Source of the DNA: Vicugna vicugna
Lineage: Eukaryota
Direction: 5' to 3'
Assembly: GCA_013265495.1 (NCBI GenBank)
Contig: MU058718.1
Span: 4,078,678-4,142,677 of the forward strand
Length of the DNA stretch: 64,000 bases
The position numbers and the translations under genes were made by a program. The notes below the pieces were generated by a model. It had not been told where the DNA came from and did no database searches. It saw only the letters and a list, made by a program, of their open reading frames with translations. Positions 14,524 to 28,654 of the stretch are shown piece by piece; the stretch's first letter is position 1, and each line of letters starts with the position of its first letter.

Positions 14524-14615
14524 GGTATATCTATATATGTCTTACATTTTCTTAATCCATTCATCTGATGATGGACACTTAAGTGCTTGTAAATAATGCT
14601 GCTGTGAAAATTTGG
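14055..14615 (-). mobile_element. L1 3' fragment (ORF2 end and 3'UTR)
   Basis: CTGGTAACCACTAGTTTG, GACTTACTTCACTTAGCATGAT, ATCCATTCATCTGATGATGGACACTT. Confidence 0.8.
14469..14523. repeat. (AGAT)13 microsatellite
   Basis: Direct reading. Confidence 0.95.
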
Positions 14616-16024
14616 GATATTATGGGTTTTTTAATATGTGAATTGTTATACTAATATAATAAGTGTGGTGACAATGAAAATAGACACAAAAATCAGGGGG
14701 ATTACACTGGAATAAAATCTTTTTTGCTATGTAGTATTTGAGATTTACAGTCATTTATTTGAAGATGGTGAAAGAAATGTATGGTCTAGAAAAGAAAGAC
14801 TTATGCTTTTTCCTTTCTTTTGGTAAGTACTTTAAGGCAGTAGTTTAAAGTTTTAACAGTGGAACTTTTTAAGAATAAACGTTTATGCAGCATGTCACAT
14901 AAACAAAGGCAGAACGTCTCTGTTGGAAGACAGGGTGGGAGTAGGGTAAGTATGATGGGGAACCAGGGAGACTTGTCCATCTTTTTCTTAATCTCTGTAG
15001 TTGCTAAGTCAGCTTTAAGGAATTGAAAGCTTTTTTAAGAAATTTTTTTTAACTTCGTTTTCTTTCCTTGCTTTCTCACATGATCTATTTTTCCTTAGAT
15101 ATCTGTCTTTCAGTTTAAATACTCAACCTTTTACCTCCTGACTTCTTACCCCATGAGTGAATAGGAGTGATGCTCAGACACAGTTTGACTGAGTGCTTAG
15201 ATTAGGAACTGATTTAGCTTTTTCATTCTGTTCCAAAAGAATGAGTGTCAGTGATAATTTAAGGTGTTTTAATTGATTTTATCCTTTTTTTTAAATGCAT
15301 GTTTAGTTTAACATTTGATATAACTTCTACTGGACACACTGCCTTAAGTAGTCAACATTTTACATTTGTCAGAGTACTATCTGACTTTATGTTGACCCTA
15401 ACAATCCTCTGAGATAGATAGAACAGGTATTATCATTTCTACCTTACTGGTGAGGAAATTGACACAAAATTATTATGACATGATAAGTTAATTATGACAT
15501 AGTAAGTTAAGTTGAATGTGAATTTTGGTTCTTTTGTACCACAGTGTAATTGGTTTTTGTCTATAGTGATATGAAGAATAAAACCTAACAAATGCTGTAG
15601 GCTAATAATAACTGCTGGTAGCTAATATTATCCTCTGTATCCCATCAATTTTCATTTCTAAGGAATTAATTTTTATGGGTCTCTTCATTAAATTTGTGCT
15701 GATTTGATAGAAAAATTTCATTATAATACTGAAGGTTCAAGAGAAAGAGAAACCCCCTCTTCTCTATCTCTATATCTACTATATTTTTTCAGCATAGATG
15801 AAACTGTAAACTTTTGAAATAAAGACCATCTGAGATCAGAGCACAGAACTCAGTAAATATTTGATAAAAGAATGAGTGACTTTTGATCTCAATTTACTCC
15901 TTTGGGCCTTACTCCTGTATCTTCAGAAAGCTCACATTTGTGGAGGTACTATATATGCCAGGAGCATTTTGTAGAAATCATCTCATTTAATCTTAAGGAC
16001 TTTATGAAGTAGGTATTAGTATAC

Positions 16025-16197
16025 CAGCTGTGTGACCCTGGGCAAATTACTTAACTGCTCTGTGTTTCTGTCTCCTCATTAATAAAAGAGGATGATAATG
16101 GTATCTATCTAATAAGGCTGTTATAAAATTACACATCAGGGACTTACAGTAGTGCCTGAAACAGTAAGTGACCATGAACTGTTAGCTGTTATTATTG
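16025..16197 (+). mobile_element. MIR SINE remnant
   Basis: AGCTGTGTGACCCTGGGCAAATTACTTAACTGCTCTGTGTTTCTGTCTCCTCAT MIR core. Confidence 0.7.
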
Positions 16198-16908
16198 TCA
16201 TCACTCTCCTAATCCAGGGTCATTCATCTAGCAGATAGTGGGGCCAGGATCTCAGCTCAAATCTGTCAAGTTCCATAATTCGTGATGCTGCCATTACAAA
16301 ATGTCAGAGTGAATAATAGTTGACCACAATCTGGATTTGGTCATATGCTCATTTTGTGTCCAGAGGATTTAACATGTTTTAACCCAGATATAATTCACAC
16401 CTGGGAGTTTGAATGAAATCTTCACTTCCTTAAATTTAAGAGACAGACCACAAATTATGTGTCTGGATTAGAAGTCAGATCTTTATTTTGACCTCAGCTT
16501 TTGTCATTAGCCAGCTCTATGAGACCTTGATGAAGACTTTTTGCAACTTAGCCAATTTTAAAATACTCAGATGCCAGAATTTTTTATGTAACAAGTTACT
16601 TAGAATCATCCACAATTTGAGATTTTAGAGTTACTGAACAAAACTATCTAGAATCTATATTTTCCAGTAAATTTTCTGTGTGTAATCCAAGAAATTTTTT
16701 CTTCCCCTTCTTATTCATAGTTGACTTTTGTTATAATTTAGAATATATTTTGTCTTGAAATACGAGTATGTGATTGAGTAAAAAATACACCCTTAACACT
16801 TCTATTACTTATATTTAGTAATTTTTATCTTCATTATTTTTCCCCAGCATGTATATTTCAATTTTGAGTGTTTCAAAATTGATTACATTTATTTTCTTTT
16901 TTTTTCAG

Positions 16909-17055
16909 TTTTTTTAATTGTAGTACAGTTTATAATGTTGTGTCAATTTCTGTGTACAGCATGTTTCAGGCATACATATACATATGTTCATTTTCATATT
17001 CTTTTTCATTATAGGTTACTACAAGATATTGAATATAGTTCCCTGTGCTATATGG
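16909..17055 (-). mobile_element. L1 3'-UTR terminal fragment abutting the exon 6 remnant
   Basis: Reverse complement (TATAGCACAGGGAACTATATTCAATATCTTGTAGTAACC...GACACAACATTATAAAC...AAAAAAA) aligns by eye with the L1 3'UTR at ~3595-3750. Confidence 0.85.
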
Positions 17056-17059
17056 AAAG

Positions 17060-17158
17060 ACCGTGAAACTTTTAGGTTTGATTGAAGATACAGTTGAAAT
17101 GACTGATGAAAGCAGCCCTCATCCCTTAGCTGGCAGTTGTTTTGAAGATTTGGCAGAA
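17060..17158 (+). CDS. SOS2: SOS2 exon 6, 3' part only (first 15 codons absent)
   Basis: ACCGTG...GCAGAA|gtgagt translates [33 protein letters not shown]; the expected upstream DIEKIFSNISDIHEL is replaced by L1-derived sequence. Confidence 0.9.
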
Positions 17159-18469
17159 GTGAGTTTACAAAACTGTTTTCTCATTGAAGTCCTAAATTAA
17201 GACATTTAGTAAGATATGCTTTGTGAAAGTTAAAAGACACTGCTGGATTTTGTAAGAAAAGTATTTAAGATTTAACCAGTAGCAAACTAAAATTATATTG
17301 TCGGTATTTACAGAGACACTTTATAGTGTATTTATGATAATATTTATAGTAAAAGTTGATGGAATAGTAACATTTAGGGTCTTTTTTTTAATGGCAAATA
17401 CATTTAAGGTGAAAGAAAATAAATTTTATTGATCATAGGTATTTAGCTATTGTGGATTTAAGTCTTAATTTCCAAAAATGGAAAAGGAAGTTTATATATA
17501 TTTTTTTCCCAAAATGAAAGTCATATTTTGTCTCTCAAATGATTATAAGAGTAATGTAGCTCATTGAAAAATATTCAGAGAAATAATCACTCCATTTTTA
17601 CAATACTTAGAGATTAGTTATCCTTAGAAGATTTAATTATCCTTACAAATATTTGTCTATGCATACATAGAAACCTATGGATATTTACAAAAGTAGGATC
17701 TTACTATTTTATAACTAATGTTTTTTTCACTCAAAATCATGAGCATTTAATAAATATACTTCACACAGTTTTTAAAGTCTAAAAGCTCCATGTTATATGG
17801 AGGCACCTTAATAAATTTTAATTATCTACTATTATTAAGCATGTAGGTTGTTTCAGTTCTTTTTGTTATTATAAACAACACTTCAACAAACATTTATACA
17901 GTGCCTTCATAGCCTAATAATTATTTTAGGACATAGTCCTGGAAGTGGAATTGTGGTCCAGGAGACTGTGTACAGTTTTAGAACTTTGAAACATTTTGCC
18001 AAATTTACTTTCAAATAAGTTTCAGTATATGCAGGCCCTCTTTTTCCCCACATCTTCACTAACTCTTTGTATTATCCCATTAATTTTCGCTAGTTTAGTG
18101 GGAAAAAAACAGCATTTCACTATTCTTTAATTTTGCGCTTTTTTTTTTTTCAACTAATGATGTTGAACATCCTTTCATACTCATTGGCCATTTTTATTTC
18201 TTTTAGAAAACAGGTGTTAAAAGTGCTTTCTTTAGATTTCCTAATTTTATAATCTCTTCCTAATTTTTCTGAAAATATAGATGATTTTTATTACATCATT
18301 TTGTAGACAGTGGAACTGATAGTGTAGAAATACTCAGTTACTGATGCTTAAGATATTTAGGCTTGCTCTTATTAGAAAGTTTTTAAATTGTGTTATCTTA
18401 GCATATTAGTTTGTAGTCTGGTTGCTTGCTATGCTCTTAAAGATATCATGGTTTAAAAACATAATGCAT

Positions 18470-19150
18470 TTTCTAATTTTTATTTTTGTGGTAAAAAATA
18501 TTTAAAAATTTGTCATTTTAGCCATTTTAAGTGTACAATTTAATGAAATTAATTAAATTCACAATGTTATGCAACCATAACCACTGTTTCCATAACTCTT
18601 TCATCCCTGCAAACAGAAACTCTGTACTCATTAAGCAGTAACTCCCTATTCTTCCCTCTCCCCTAACCCTGATAACCTCTAATCTACTTTCTGTTTCTGT
18701 GAATTTGCTGATTCTAGATATTTGAATCATTACAATATTCTTTTCTTTCTACTTATTTCACTTAGCATAATGTTTTCAAGGTTCATCCATGTCATAGCAT
18801 GTATCAGAACTTCATCCCTTTCTATGGCTGAATAGTGTTCCATTGTACGTCTATTCCACACTTTATTTATGCATTTATTTGTTGATGGACACCTGTTTTT
18901 CTACCTTTTAGCTATTGTAAATAATGCTGCAGTAAGCATTGGCATATAAGTATCTGTTTGCGTCACTGTTTTCTGTTCTTTTGGGTATGTACCTAGGAGT
19001 AGAATTGCTGGGTCATATGGTAATTCTTTGTTTAGCTTTTTGAGGAACTGCCGAACTGTTTTCCACAGGGGGTGCACCATTTTACATTCACTGGCAGTGG
19101 ACAAAGTGCTCCAGTTTCTCTGCATCTTCACCAATACTTGTTATTTTTTG
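18470..19150 (-). mobile_element. L1M 3' fragment
   Basis: Minus ORF 18901..19134 [31 protein letters not shown] is the L1 ORF2 C-terminus. Confidence 0.85.
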
Positions 19151-19767
19151 AAAAACATACTGTATTTTTAAAATACAAAAGTGAAATAAATCTTTTAGTT
19201 CTAACTAATCATTGGGGGTGTTGATTATTATAAAATAATAGAAATTTATTTAAATATAAACATTGGACAAACTATGGACAGTTTCTGTTTTATTTTACTG
19301 TATATTCTTTGCTTTTTTTTTTCTTCTAATTTTGAAAAAGTTTAGATTGGATAAAACAGCAGTAGTGTCACTTTTTGCTTCTTTTGAAAGTACTGTAAGT
19401 GTAAACTCCTTTCAGCCTAAGTAAACATAACTGAAATTTCAAATCCCCATCTTCTTTTACTCATAAATACACCTTTCCTGGGATAAATGTGCATAAGCAT
19501 TTTAGAAGATTGATACATGCAATCACAAAGTCAGTGACCTATTTTAAGACCAGTAGCTTCTTGTCTTTTGCTCAAGGTCATTACTTATTATATATATATT
19601 TTAGTTTCCAAGTTACAGCCATAGTTATTATTTGTTCCTGAAATTAAAAAAAGTTCTGAAACCTGATAGAGGACTTGAATAAAAATTTGCCATTAAGTAA
19701 TCTGTGCCGTATTAGTAGAAAAAAACGTTCTTTTAAACCTAACACATTTTCCTTTTTAAAAAAATAG

Positions 19768-19908
<141 letters not shown>

Positions 19909-22900
19909 TAAAGCAGCTAAAGAAATTTCTCCAGTCCTTCAGAATCTAATTATAAGCCTATTCTGGCTGTCTTCTGTTTTCTGTCTTGAGTTTCAGTTTG
20001 TCTTTGATGTAGAAATCTTTTACAGAGTACCATCACAAATACTGATTGACTAGAAAAATCTGGCACATTCTAAATCTGATCTATTTCAGGATCTTATTCC
20101 ATATAGAAGATAGAATTGAAATCATAAAGAGTGGAGAGTATCCTCATGCATATTCATACTGATTTCTCTATTAGGCCTATGACTTAAATAAGAGGATATT
20201 TATATTAATAGAGCTAATTGGTTCAGTAATGCAGTTAGAAAAAGGAGAGTACGTGGGAAAAGATAAGATTATATTTTTGCTCTCTCAACACTTCATGAAG
20301 GTTACATTGGCATTGATGATTGTTGATTACTTATTGCTGTGGAAACTTCCTGCATTTGGACTGGCTCTTCTCCCTTAACATACGAATACAGTCAAATCTT
20401 TATTGCCCTAAAACACGCAATAAACAAACAAACCTTTGTCACTCTAGCTCCTTCCCCTGTTGTTTTTCCCATTTGCAGCCAGTTGTCTTCATTCTCCATC
20501 AAACTGCTGCCATCTGCGTTCCAATCAGATATAACACTAAAAACTGCTCTTGACAATGAACTTAACCACCAAATCCTGTGGATATTTTGATTTCATATTT
20601 ATGTCTAGTATCTGTTATTACCCCTCTTGTCCATTTGACTCCTATGAGCACTGGATGTATGTGTGTATACAGTTTCATATAACTAGCTGCCTTTTGAACT
20701 AGTTCACTTAGATATCCCACAGAGGCTTCAAATATAAATGTTCTTCAAAACTGAACTAACCATCTTCTCTCTGCCTCCTTCACTGCAAATTCCCATTATT
20801 ATCTTCTACTTCTACTCTACTCAAAAACTTGTCCACCTGGAATAAAAATTACATTTAATTCTCAGCATTTACTGCAATGAAGGAATAATTTTTTAAAGTT
20901 AAAATCTTACATATTCATATAAACTATAAAGTATACATTAGTTAAATGGGACAGTTTGCCTATAAAATTTTTGCATAATCATTAAAAGCACTCACAACAT
21001 TTCTGTTTTCATTCTTATTTTATTAGGAATTCTTATATGGGGTTTGAATGTCTAAGACCCAGTTATTTAAGCTGATGTTCCACATATTTAGTGAAATTGA
21101 AAGAGTTAGATAAAACCCCTTTTCAGGCCAAACTCACTTGTAATGTATCAACTTAAAAAAGATTCTTCATTTGTAAGATGAGGATGTAATGCTTTATTTT
21201 TAAAAAATGAAACAAAACTTCTTTAGAAAATGTAGGCATGCTTTAAGAATATGACCTTTAGTCAGAACTTCTGAATTTGGGTCAATTAATAGTTATCTTA
21301 CCTTGAGCAAGTCACCTAATCTCTTGAGACTCAGTTTGCTCATTTGTAAAATGATGATAATGTATACTTCTTATGGTTATGAAAATTAAATGGTAATACA
21401 CTAGGCACATTTGGTAAATATTAGACAGTCAAACATTAGCTTGTGTTGTTTTTGGAGGACTCCTTACACCATTAATACACATTGTATTAATATTTTAGAA
21501 TGCACTTTAGTAGCCATTTCAGTGCTAATTAACAATACAAACGATTTTTGTAGACTAATTTTAAAGTTTCATCTACATTTCAGTTAAAGCACTGTGTATA
21601 AAATACGTAAAAATATACCCAGAGAATGTTAGGTATCTTGATTGTGGTGGTGGTTTCATAGGTGTATATATCTATCAGAATTCATCAGATTGTACATATG
21701 AAAGATGTTTCGTTTACTGTGCAGAAATTGCACCACAATAAGGTTGTTTTTAAGAAAATAAACTTCAAAACTAAAAAAGAAATCTGTATCTGTATGTATA
21801 TCCAGAGTGATCTGTATCACTATCCTAATTAAATGATAAGAGAAATTAATCTTTAGGAAAATAATTGACTGTGTTTAACCTGGTAACAAGTCTGTTGAAC
21901 AAATTATAATTTACTTCAGTTAACAGTATGTGAGAATTATGGGAGTGTTTACCTGTGTGAATATATTTTAAAAGCAGCATCTCAGATCTATATTTACCTG
22001 ATGAGAAATGCCCGTTCAAATAAGTCAGCCTTAATGACATTTAAAATCAACACGAGTGACTTTTAAATCCCTTATAAATTTTAGAAAATCATTTATTTTG
22101 CAGACTATTAGTTTCCAAAACTGGGATATACTTAACTCTAGCTCTACACTAAAGTTTTCCAGGTGATATGAGGGTATAGATAGTTTTAAGGGAATTAGTT
22201 TCTAGTCTAACCTTGTTTGTGTTTTTGCATTCTCTCCTAATTTTTCTTACACATTACTTCTTGTCATATTGAATTTCCATTATGCATTGATCCAAAATAT
22301 AAAAACCTCCAGGGCACCAGCTAGGGAAAAAAAAGTTACATTGCTCCTGAAGGAGTTTATTGAGTGCAAAGCAAAAAGAATTCCAAAAGAAGGGGGTGGG
22401 GTAATTGTATTTAAAACTCTTGGTAGCTGAAATGTTCATATCTATGTTTGTCTTCTCATGTCTATCTAAGAATTAAGTGAGAAGGTTGTAACAACGGTGA
22501 ATATTACCTTTTTTAAAAAAATAATTCATCGTTCATTGTGATAAAGGAAAGGGGAAGCTTATTAAGTTCTCAAACCTGAATGTATTATGTTAGAAGCAGT
22601 TATAGGTTTTTCCACATGCTTCCTGTACTTACAACTATGACATTTACATGTGTATTTGAATTTAAGAGTGAAGTCAGACTTGCTGCAAAAATTAAGTCTG
22701 ATCTGGCTATTTATTTTGATGTGAAGATTGGCTTTGTCAATTAAGTTGTGACAGACCTTTTTCATAACTTAAATGAGCTAAATCTGAAATTTATTTGATC
22801 ATCATTGGATGAAATATATTTAAATCACATATACAATGTACAATATCCCCCAAAACACATTCTTTTAATTACTTTAAACATTTTGAATAAAAGTGATATT

Positions 22901-23087
22901 AAAATATGTGAGAGGGTCCTTAGCTTTTCAGCACTCCTTTAGGGTATGTGGAAGCCAAAACTTTTGAGGGAAAGCTGAAAACACTATTGTTAAAGTTATT
23001 TTAGCCATTAAAGATGAAATGTGTATGTTTATCTAATAACTTAAAGGAGGAAAAAATTTGATTTACAGCACTTTAATTTCATTATAG

Positions 23088-23315
<228 letters not shown>

Positions 23316-26019
23316 TGAAAGCTTCCCGAGCCAAAAAAGTACTTGCACTTATGAGGCTTAAAAGTTATTTTTTATATGATACTATTTTTAATACTTTTTA
23401 TTCATAAAATAAAGTATCACAAATGTCTACTGTCTTCCCACGGACCATAGAGAAATGCCTGTATTTCTTATCTTCATACCATTTCCAAGTGGTAGATAAA
23501 AAAAATGTATCTTCATCTATCATTTGATAATATAGATTCTCAAAGTAATAGTGTCATAAGAGTTTACTTTTTTAAAATAAATTTTTGGAGACACAGCAAC
23601 AGTGATTTAACTCTTATTTTATATATGTAATTAATAACTTTTATGCATAATATTGTTCTAAGTTTCCATCTTATTATATAACTTGTCAAGGAAAGCAGTT
23701 TTAAAGTTGACATTTTTTTCCCATGCAGTGTAATAGCTAAGACCCAAGCAATATATTAAAAAAAAATTATGGTAAAACTTGAACTCTTTTCAAAGACCAG
23801 TATACATAAAAATATATTGAATTCCTAAAGGTTCTAATATATGGTATAAACTTTTTAATAATATATTATATACTTAAAGAAAAGTGGGAAAACATAAACA
23901 TGTTTTATAATAAATAAATGTAATGTGGAAACACAAGGAGGTAAACCACGACCCTGACTTTAATGGCAATTCCTTTTTTGTTTTTATTGACAGTTTAACT
24001 ACCTATGTGCATATCACTAAAAATATATGTAGCTGTGAACTTTATTTATCAGTTGGGTCAACATATATATTATTTTATTTCTTATATTGTCTCTCAGTTG
24101 TATTTGTAAGATTCATCGATGTTGTATGTTCTTCTAGTTTAATTTTCTTCCATTGTTTGAATAAACCATGATTTATCCTTTTCTGGTTGATGAATAAAAG
24201 TTTTTTTGTGTTATGGATAACACTTACTATGGGCATCCTTTTTTAAATCTTTTGGTACACATATGGATGCATTTTGTTCCTCTAGAGTATATACTCAGGG
24301 ATGGAGTTGCTTGGTCATAGGGTGTGCGTATTCTCAAATTTAATAGGTAATGTCAATCAGTTTTCCAAAGTGGGTTATACACTTTACAGTCCTACCAGAA
24401 TGTATGTGATGTCTCTCTTACACATATTTTCATATTTTTAAATTTCTGTCATATGGTGTCTATATTATATATAGACACTGTCTATACCAAGTTGTTGATT
24501 TAGACAACCTGTTCAGATTTTTTCCATCTAACTCATAAGTAATAATTATAATAAAAGCCAGACTAACTCTGTGGGCATCTAGGCAAGGAATTCATTTGAT
24601 GATTTCTAATGAATACCTGCCTCAAGAATTCTTTTTTTATGGAGTCTTATTACCCATAAGGTGTGATGCTGGATCTCACCAGCTTTTGTGCACAAATAGA
24701 TGAGCAGGTTGATTTTGTATATCTCCATAGAGACTAATGGACCCATAAGGAACTCATAAAAAGGATTGTAGAATTCATATGAATAATTCATTGGCAGCCC
24801 CAGATGTATATTTGGATTCCTAAAATTTTTTAGATAATGTTCGTGTCTAATTGGAAGTTCTGTCGTTAGTCTTATAGTTGCTTTCTAATGTTTGCCAACA
24901 TTTAAAAATGCTGGTTTGACTCTATAATTGAAGTTACTTCTTTTCCCAAGTGATTGTTTTTTTTTTTTAAATCCCTGAGGTCTGGTTTTTAAGAATCCCT
25001 GTGGTCTGAATCTAAAATCAAGATGTTGACTGTGATGGCATGACTCATCCTGAGGCACAGCTACTTTTGCTACCAGTTAATCACTGGACTCCAAGTACTC
25101 TTGGTCATAGTGGTTGGGACTAGTAGTTAGTCAGTTAATTAAAAATAAAACAAAGAATCATAAAGAGAAATATTACATACATTTTATTTTAATAAACACA
25201 CACAGAACTCCTGTATGAGCACTGTATGTTTATATGCTTATATGCTAATCTGTTGGCTTAGGATAAAACCTTTTCTTTGAGTATGAATCTTGCTTAAGTC
25301 ACAAAAATTATCTTCTCTGATTTCTATTTTCTGCTTCTTTTAGATGGTACATAAACTTGAAAATGCTTGTAAAGTAATCTGAGTACAGAAATTTTGTTTT
25401 TATAGTTTTTCCAAATCTTTTACTATTATCTTCCCTATACCTTTTTTAAAAGACTTGCCTTTAAAATTATTCAATTTGAGTTTTCATTATAAATGTCTTT
25501 TTTATATGTTTCTTAAAATTATACAATATGTAATTAAATTATGTAGTTACAACATAAGCACAACTGTCGTACATATGTGGATACATATGCTACTGATTCT
25601 TGGTAAGTCTTTGACTCAATCAGTGGGATCACAAGGGCCCAGTTATTCTAGAAAGTGGCCCACTTATTCATAGCATTATTGTTCTGTGGGAATCAGTCTG
25701 TATATTACAGAGTGGGAACAATCCATAGTAAGAAATACATTAACATCATAATGATGCTGTGTACACGCACACACAAAACAAAAAGTTTCTTGAAATGCAA
25801 CTTAGCATTTCATGCAATGTATTCTGTTATATTCAATTCTCTTTTCTTTTAAAAAAATGATTGTGAACCACTAATGGATTATGACATGCAGTTTGAAAAA
25901 CGCAAATAAGGACTATTTCTAGATACAAACTAGGTAGATGATCACATGATCAGATTAGAAACTACTTTTTATTTTTACATCTGTTCTAACTGTGATACTG
26001 TTGGTTTTTAATAACATTT

Positions 26020-26695
26020 TATTAATTTATTTTTAATTGTGGTAAAACATACATAACATGAAATTTACCATCTTAACCATTTTAAGTGTATAGTTCATTA
26101 GTATTATGTGTATTGTTACACAGCCAGTGTCATTGGACACTTGGGTTGCTTTTACTTTTTGGCTATTGTAAATAATGCTGCTATGAATATCAGTGAACAG
26201 ATGTCCTCGACTCTGCTTCAGTTTTCTTGAATATATACCCAGAAGTGGAATTGTTGGATCATAGGGTAATTCTATTTTTAATTTTTTAAGGAAGCACTGT
26301 ATGGTGTTCCATAGCAGCTTTATACTATTTTACATTTCCACCAGCAGCACACATAGGTTACAATTTCTCCACATCCTTGCTAACACTTGTTATTTTCTGT
26401 ATTTTTGTTTTTTGACAGTAGCCATCATGATGGATATGAGGTGGTATCTGATTGTGGTTTTGATTTGCATTTCCCTAGTGTTTAGTGATAGTGAGCATCT
26501 TTTCATGTGCTTATTGGCCTTTCGTATACCTTCTTTGGAGAAATGTCTATTCAAGTCCTTTGCCCATTGTTAATTGGGTTGTTTGTATTTTTGTAGTTGT
26601 GTTATAAGAGTTCTTTGTATACCCTGAATGTTAATACCTTATCAGATATATCATTCGCAGATATTCTCTTCCATTTTTCAGACTGTCTTTTTCTG
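26020..26695 (-). mobile_element. L1M ORF2/3' fragment
   Basis: GAGGTGGTATCTGATTGTGGTTTTGATTTGCATTTCCC, GAGAAATGTCTATTCAAGTCCTTTGCCCA. Confidence 0.8.
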
Positions 26696-27869
26696 ATACT
26701 GTTTGGGCTAAAGTACTTGTCCAAATGAAATTTCATTTCATGTTACGCGTACTTTAGAATCAGAACCATAAGAAAGAAAGTTGGACTTAAGTCTATCATG
26801 TTCCTTTGGGAATAGAAAACATAGTCCTAGAGCAGTTTTAAGTCAGTTTTAATTCTAAGTATCAGCCTCAGTCATATACCAAGGGAGATTTATTTGTGGA
26901 CATAGTATTTAAATATTATTTGAATTTTATGTCACAGCATCAGAATTTATGATAAGCAAGATAGAAAAATAGCTACATAATGAGAAGAAATTATACAATA
27001 TCATATATAGTTTGCCTGAAATTATAATAAATTGTTGGATTATTATTTGTAGTAATATTTTAAAGTCCATTTTATAGGTAATATGTTTCCTTTTTTTTCG
27101 TCCTTTTCCAATTTAAGTCCCTCTGGGGTTGATCACAAACTACTTTCATTTTCTGTATTTTCTCAGATAAATTTTAATTTTTTTCTTAACGTATATTTCA
27201 ATCCTTATGCAAGAAGAAAAAAAATCCATTCCCTGATTTATAACTAACTGTGTATTTCTTATATTCTAAGAAAAAATATCTGTGTTTATTCTTCTGTTAC
27301 TAAGAACATACTACTCTCACTTCAGAATTGATTTATTCAAAGCTAAGTAATGTTCTTTTACTAACTCTGGTCATTCCCTGGAAATTTAGAATGGAAAGAA
27401 TAGAACTCCTCTCAAGAGAACCTAATCCATCTTAGTTTAATTTAAAGCTTAACAGAAAGACTTACTAAAATAACTTTAATGAGGTTCATTGGGAAAGATA
27501 GGCCAGTATTTCAGTGAGACAATCGAGTTTCTTCAGATAATACTTTTTAACTTTTTACTTTGAAACACATAGAAAAAATTTGCAAGAATAGTATATAGTA
27601 AGCTTCCCTAGATTCACTAACTGTTAACATTATGTAACATTTACTTTGTCATGTCTTTGTGTTCCTGTGTGTATGTCTATGTGTAAGTGTATTCATGACA
27701 TCAAGAACTTGGCATAATGTCTATTGAAAGAAGTGTTCTGATTCTTGAAAAATACTCTGAGGAATATTTTACTACCTAGTATTTACTCTTTCAATACTGA
27801 CATATCACTTAAGGACATATGAAGAAAGATAATGCACTTTTTAAAAGCACATGAAGAAAAATGATAGTT

Positions 27870-28031
27870 TTTTGTGTGTGTATTTAAAATTTTTTTTTAA
27901 TTTCTTGTGGGGGAGGAAAACAATTAGTTTTTTTTAATTAATTAATTTTTTTTAGTGGAGGTACTGGGGTGGAACCTGGGACCTCGTGCATGCTAGGCAT
28001 GCACTCTACCATTGAGCTATACCCTCCCCCC
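27870..28031 (-). mobile_element. tRNA-Ala-derived SINE
   Basis: GGAGGTACTGGGGTGGAACCTGGG...CACTCTACCATTGAGCTATACCC; imperfect TSD. Confidence 0.85.
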
Positions 28032-28654
28032 GGAAAGGTGATAAGTTTTAATGAGTTGAATTTCCCACCAAATAAGTAAAATTCTGTTTTTATGAAAATC
28101 TTTTGAGAAATTTATTACCAAAAAAAATTGATCACATATGTTATTTCACATCTAGACTGAACTCCCAGCATAATGAATTAGAGACAAATTCATAATTTTA
28201 TTATAATTTCCCTTGCTTTAGGTACACATATCTATAGTAGATACAACATTTTATAGAAATTCAAGAGAAGCATGGTAAGTATTTCAGTGAAGTCTCATAG
28301 AGTTAAGAAAAAGCTTACATGAAGTATAAAATCTTGGTCAGGATACACTTAAAGACAACTAAGGAGAATGATGATTATCAGGTAAGCAAGGAATGTACTC
28401 TTCAGTGAAGTTCATAAGATACTACCTATAAATGAAAGATCACTTCCATTCTGTTACTTAGTTTAAGCATTTATTGCAAGGGCATTTATTCTCTTTGACC
28501 TCTTTTCCAAAGCACACTTATTTCACTTTATTTCTTAAACTGTGTAATTATCTAGTTTGTTTTTAACATAGAGGGAATCCCCTTTAACTTGTGGTCACCA
28601 GATTTTGGCATAGTCCAGTATTTTGCATAATTGTGTTTGGTGTCATTGTAGGGA

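Noticed and set aside
15470..15510. Short imperfect direct duplications (also ~27825-27870, ~36750-36785, ~38380-38440) and an AT-rich hairpin at 21471-21491
   Set aside because: Ordinary slippage or chance events in AT-rich intron
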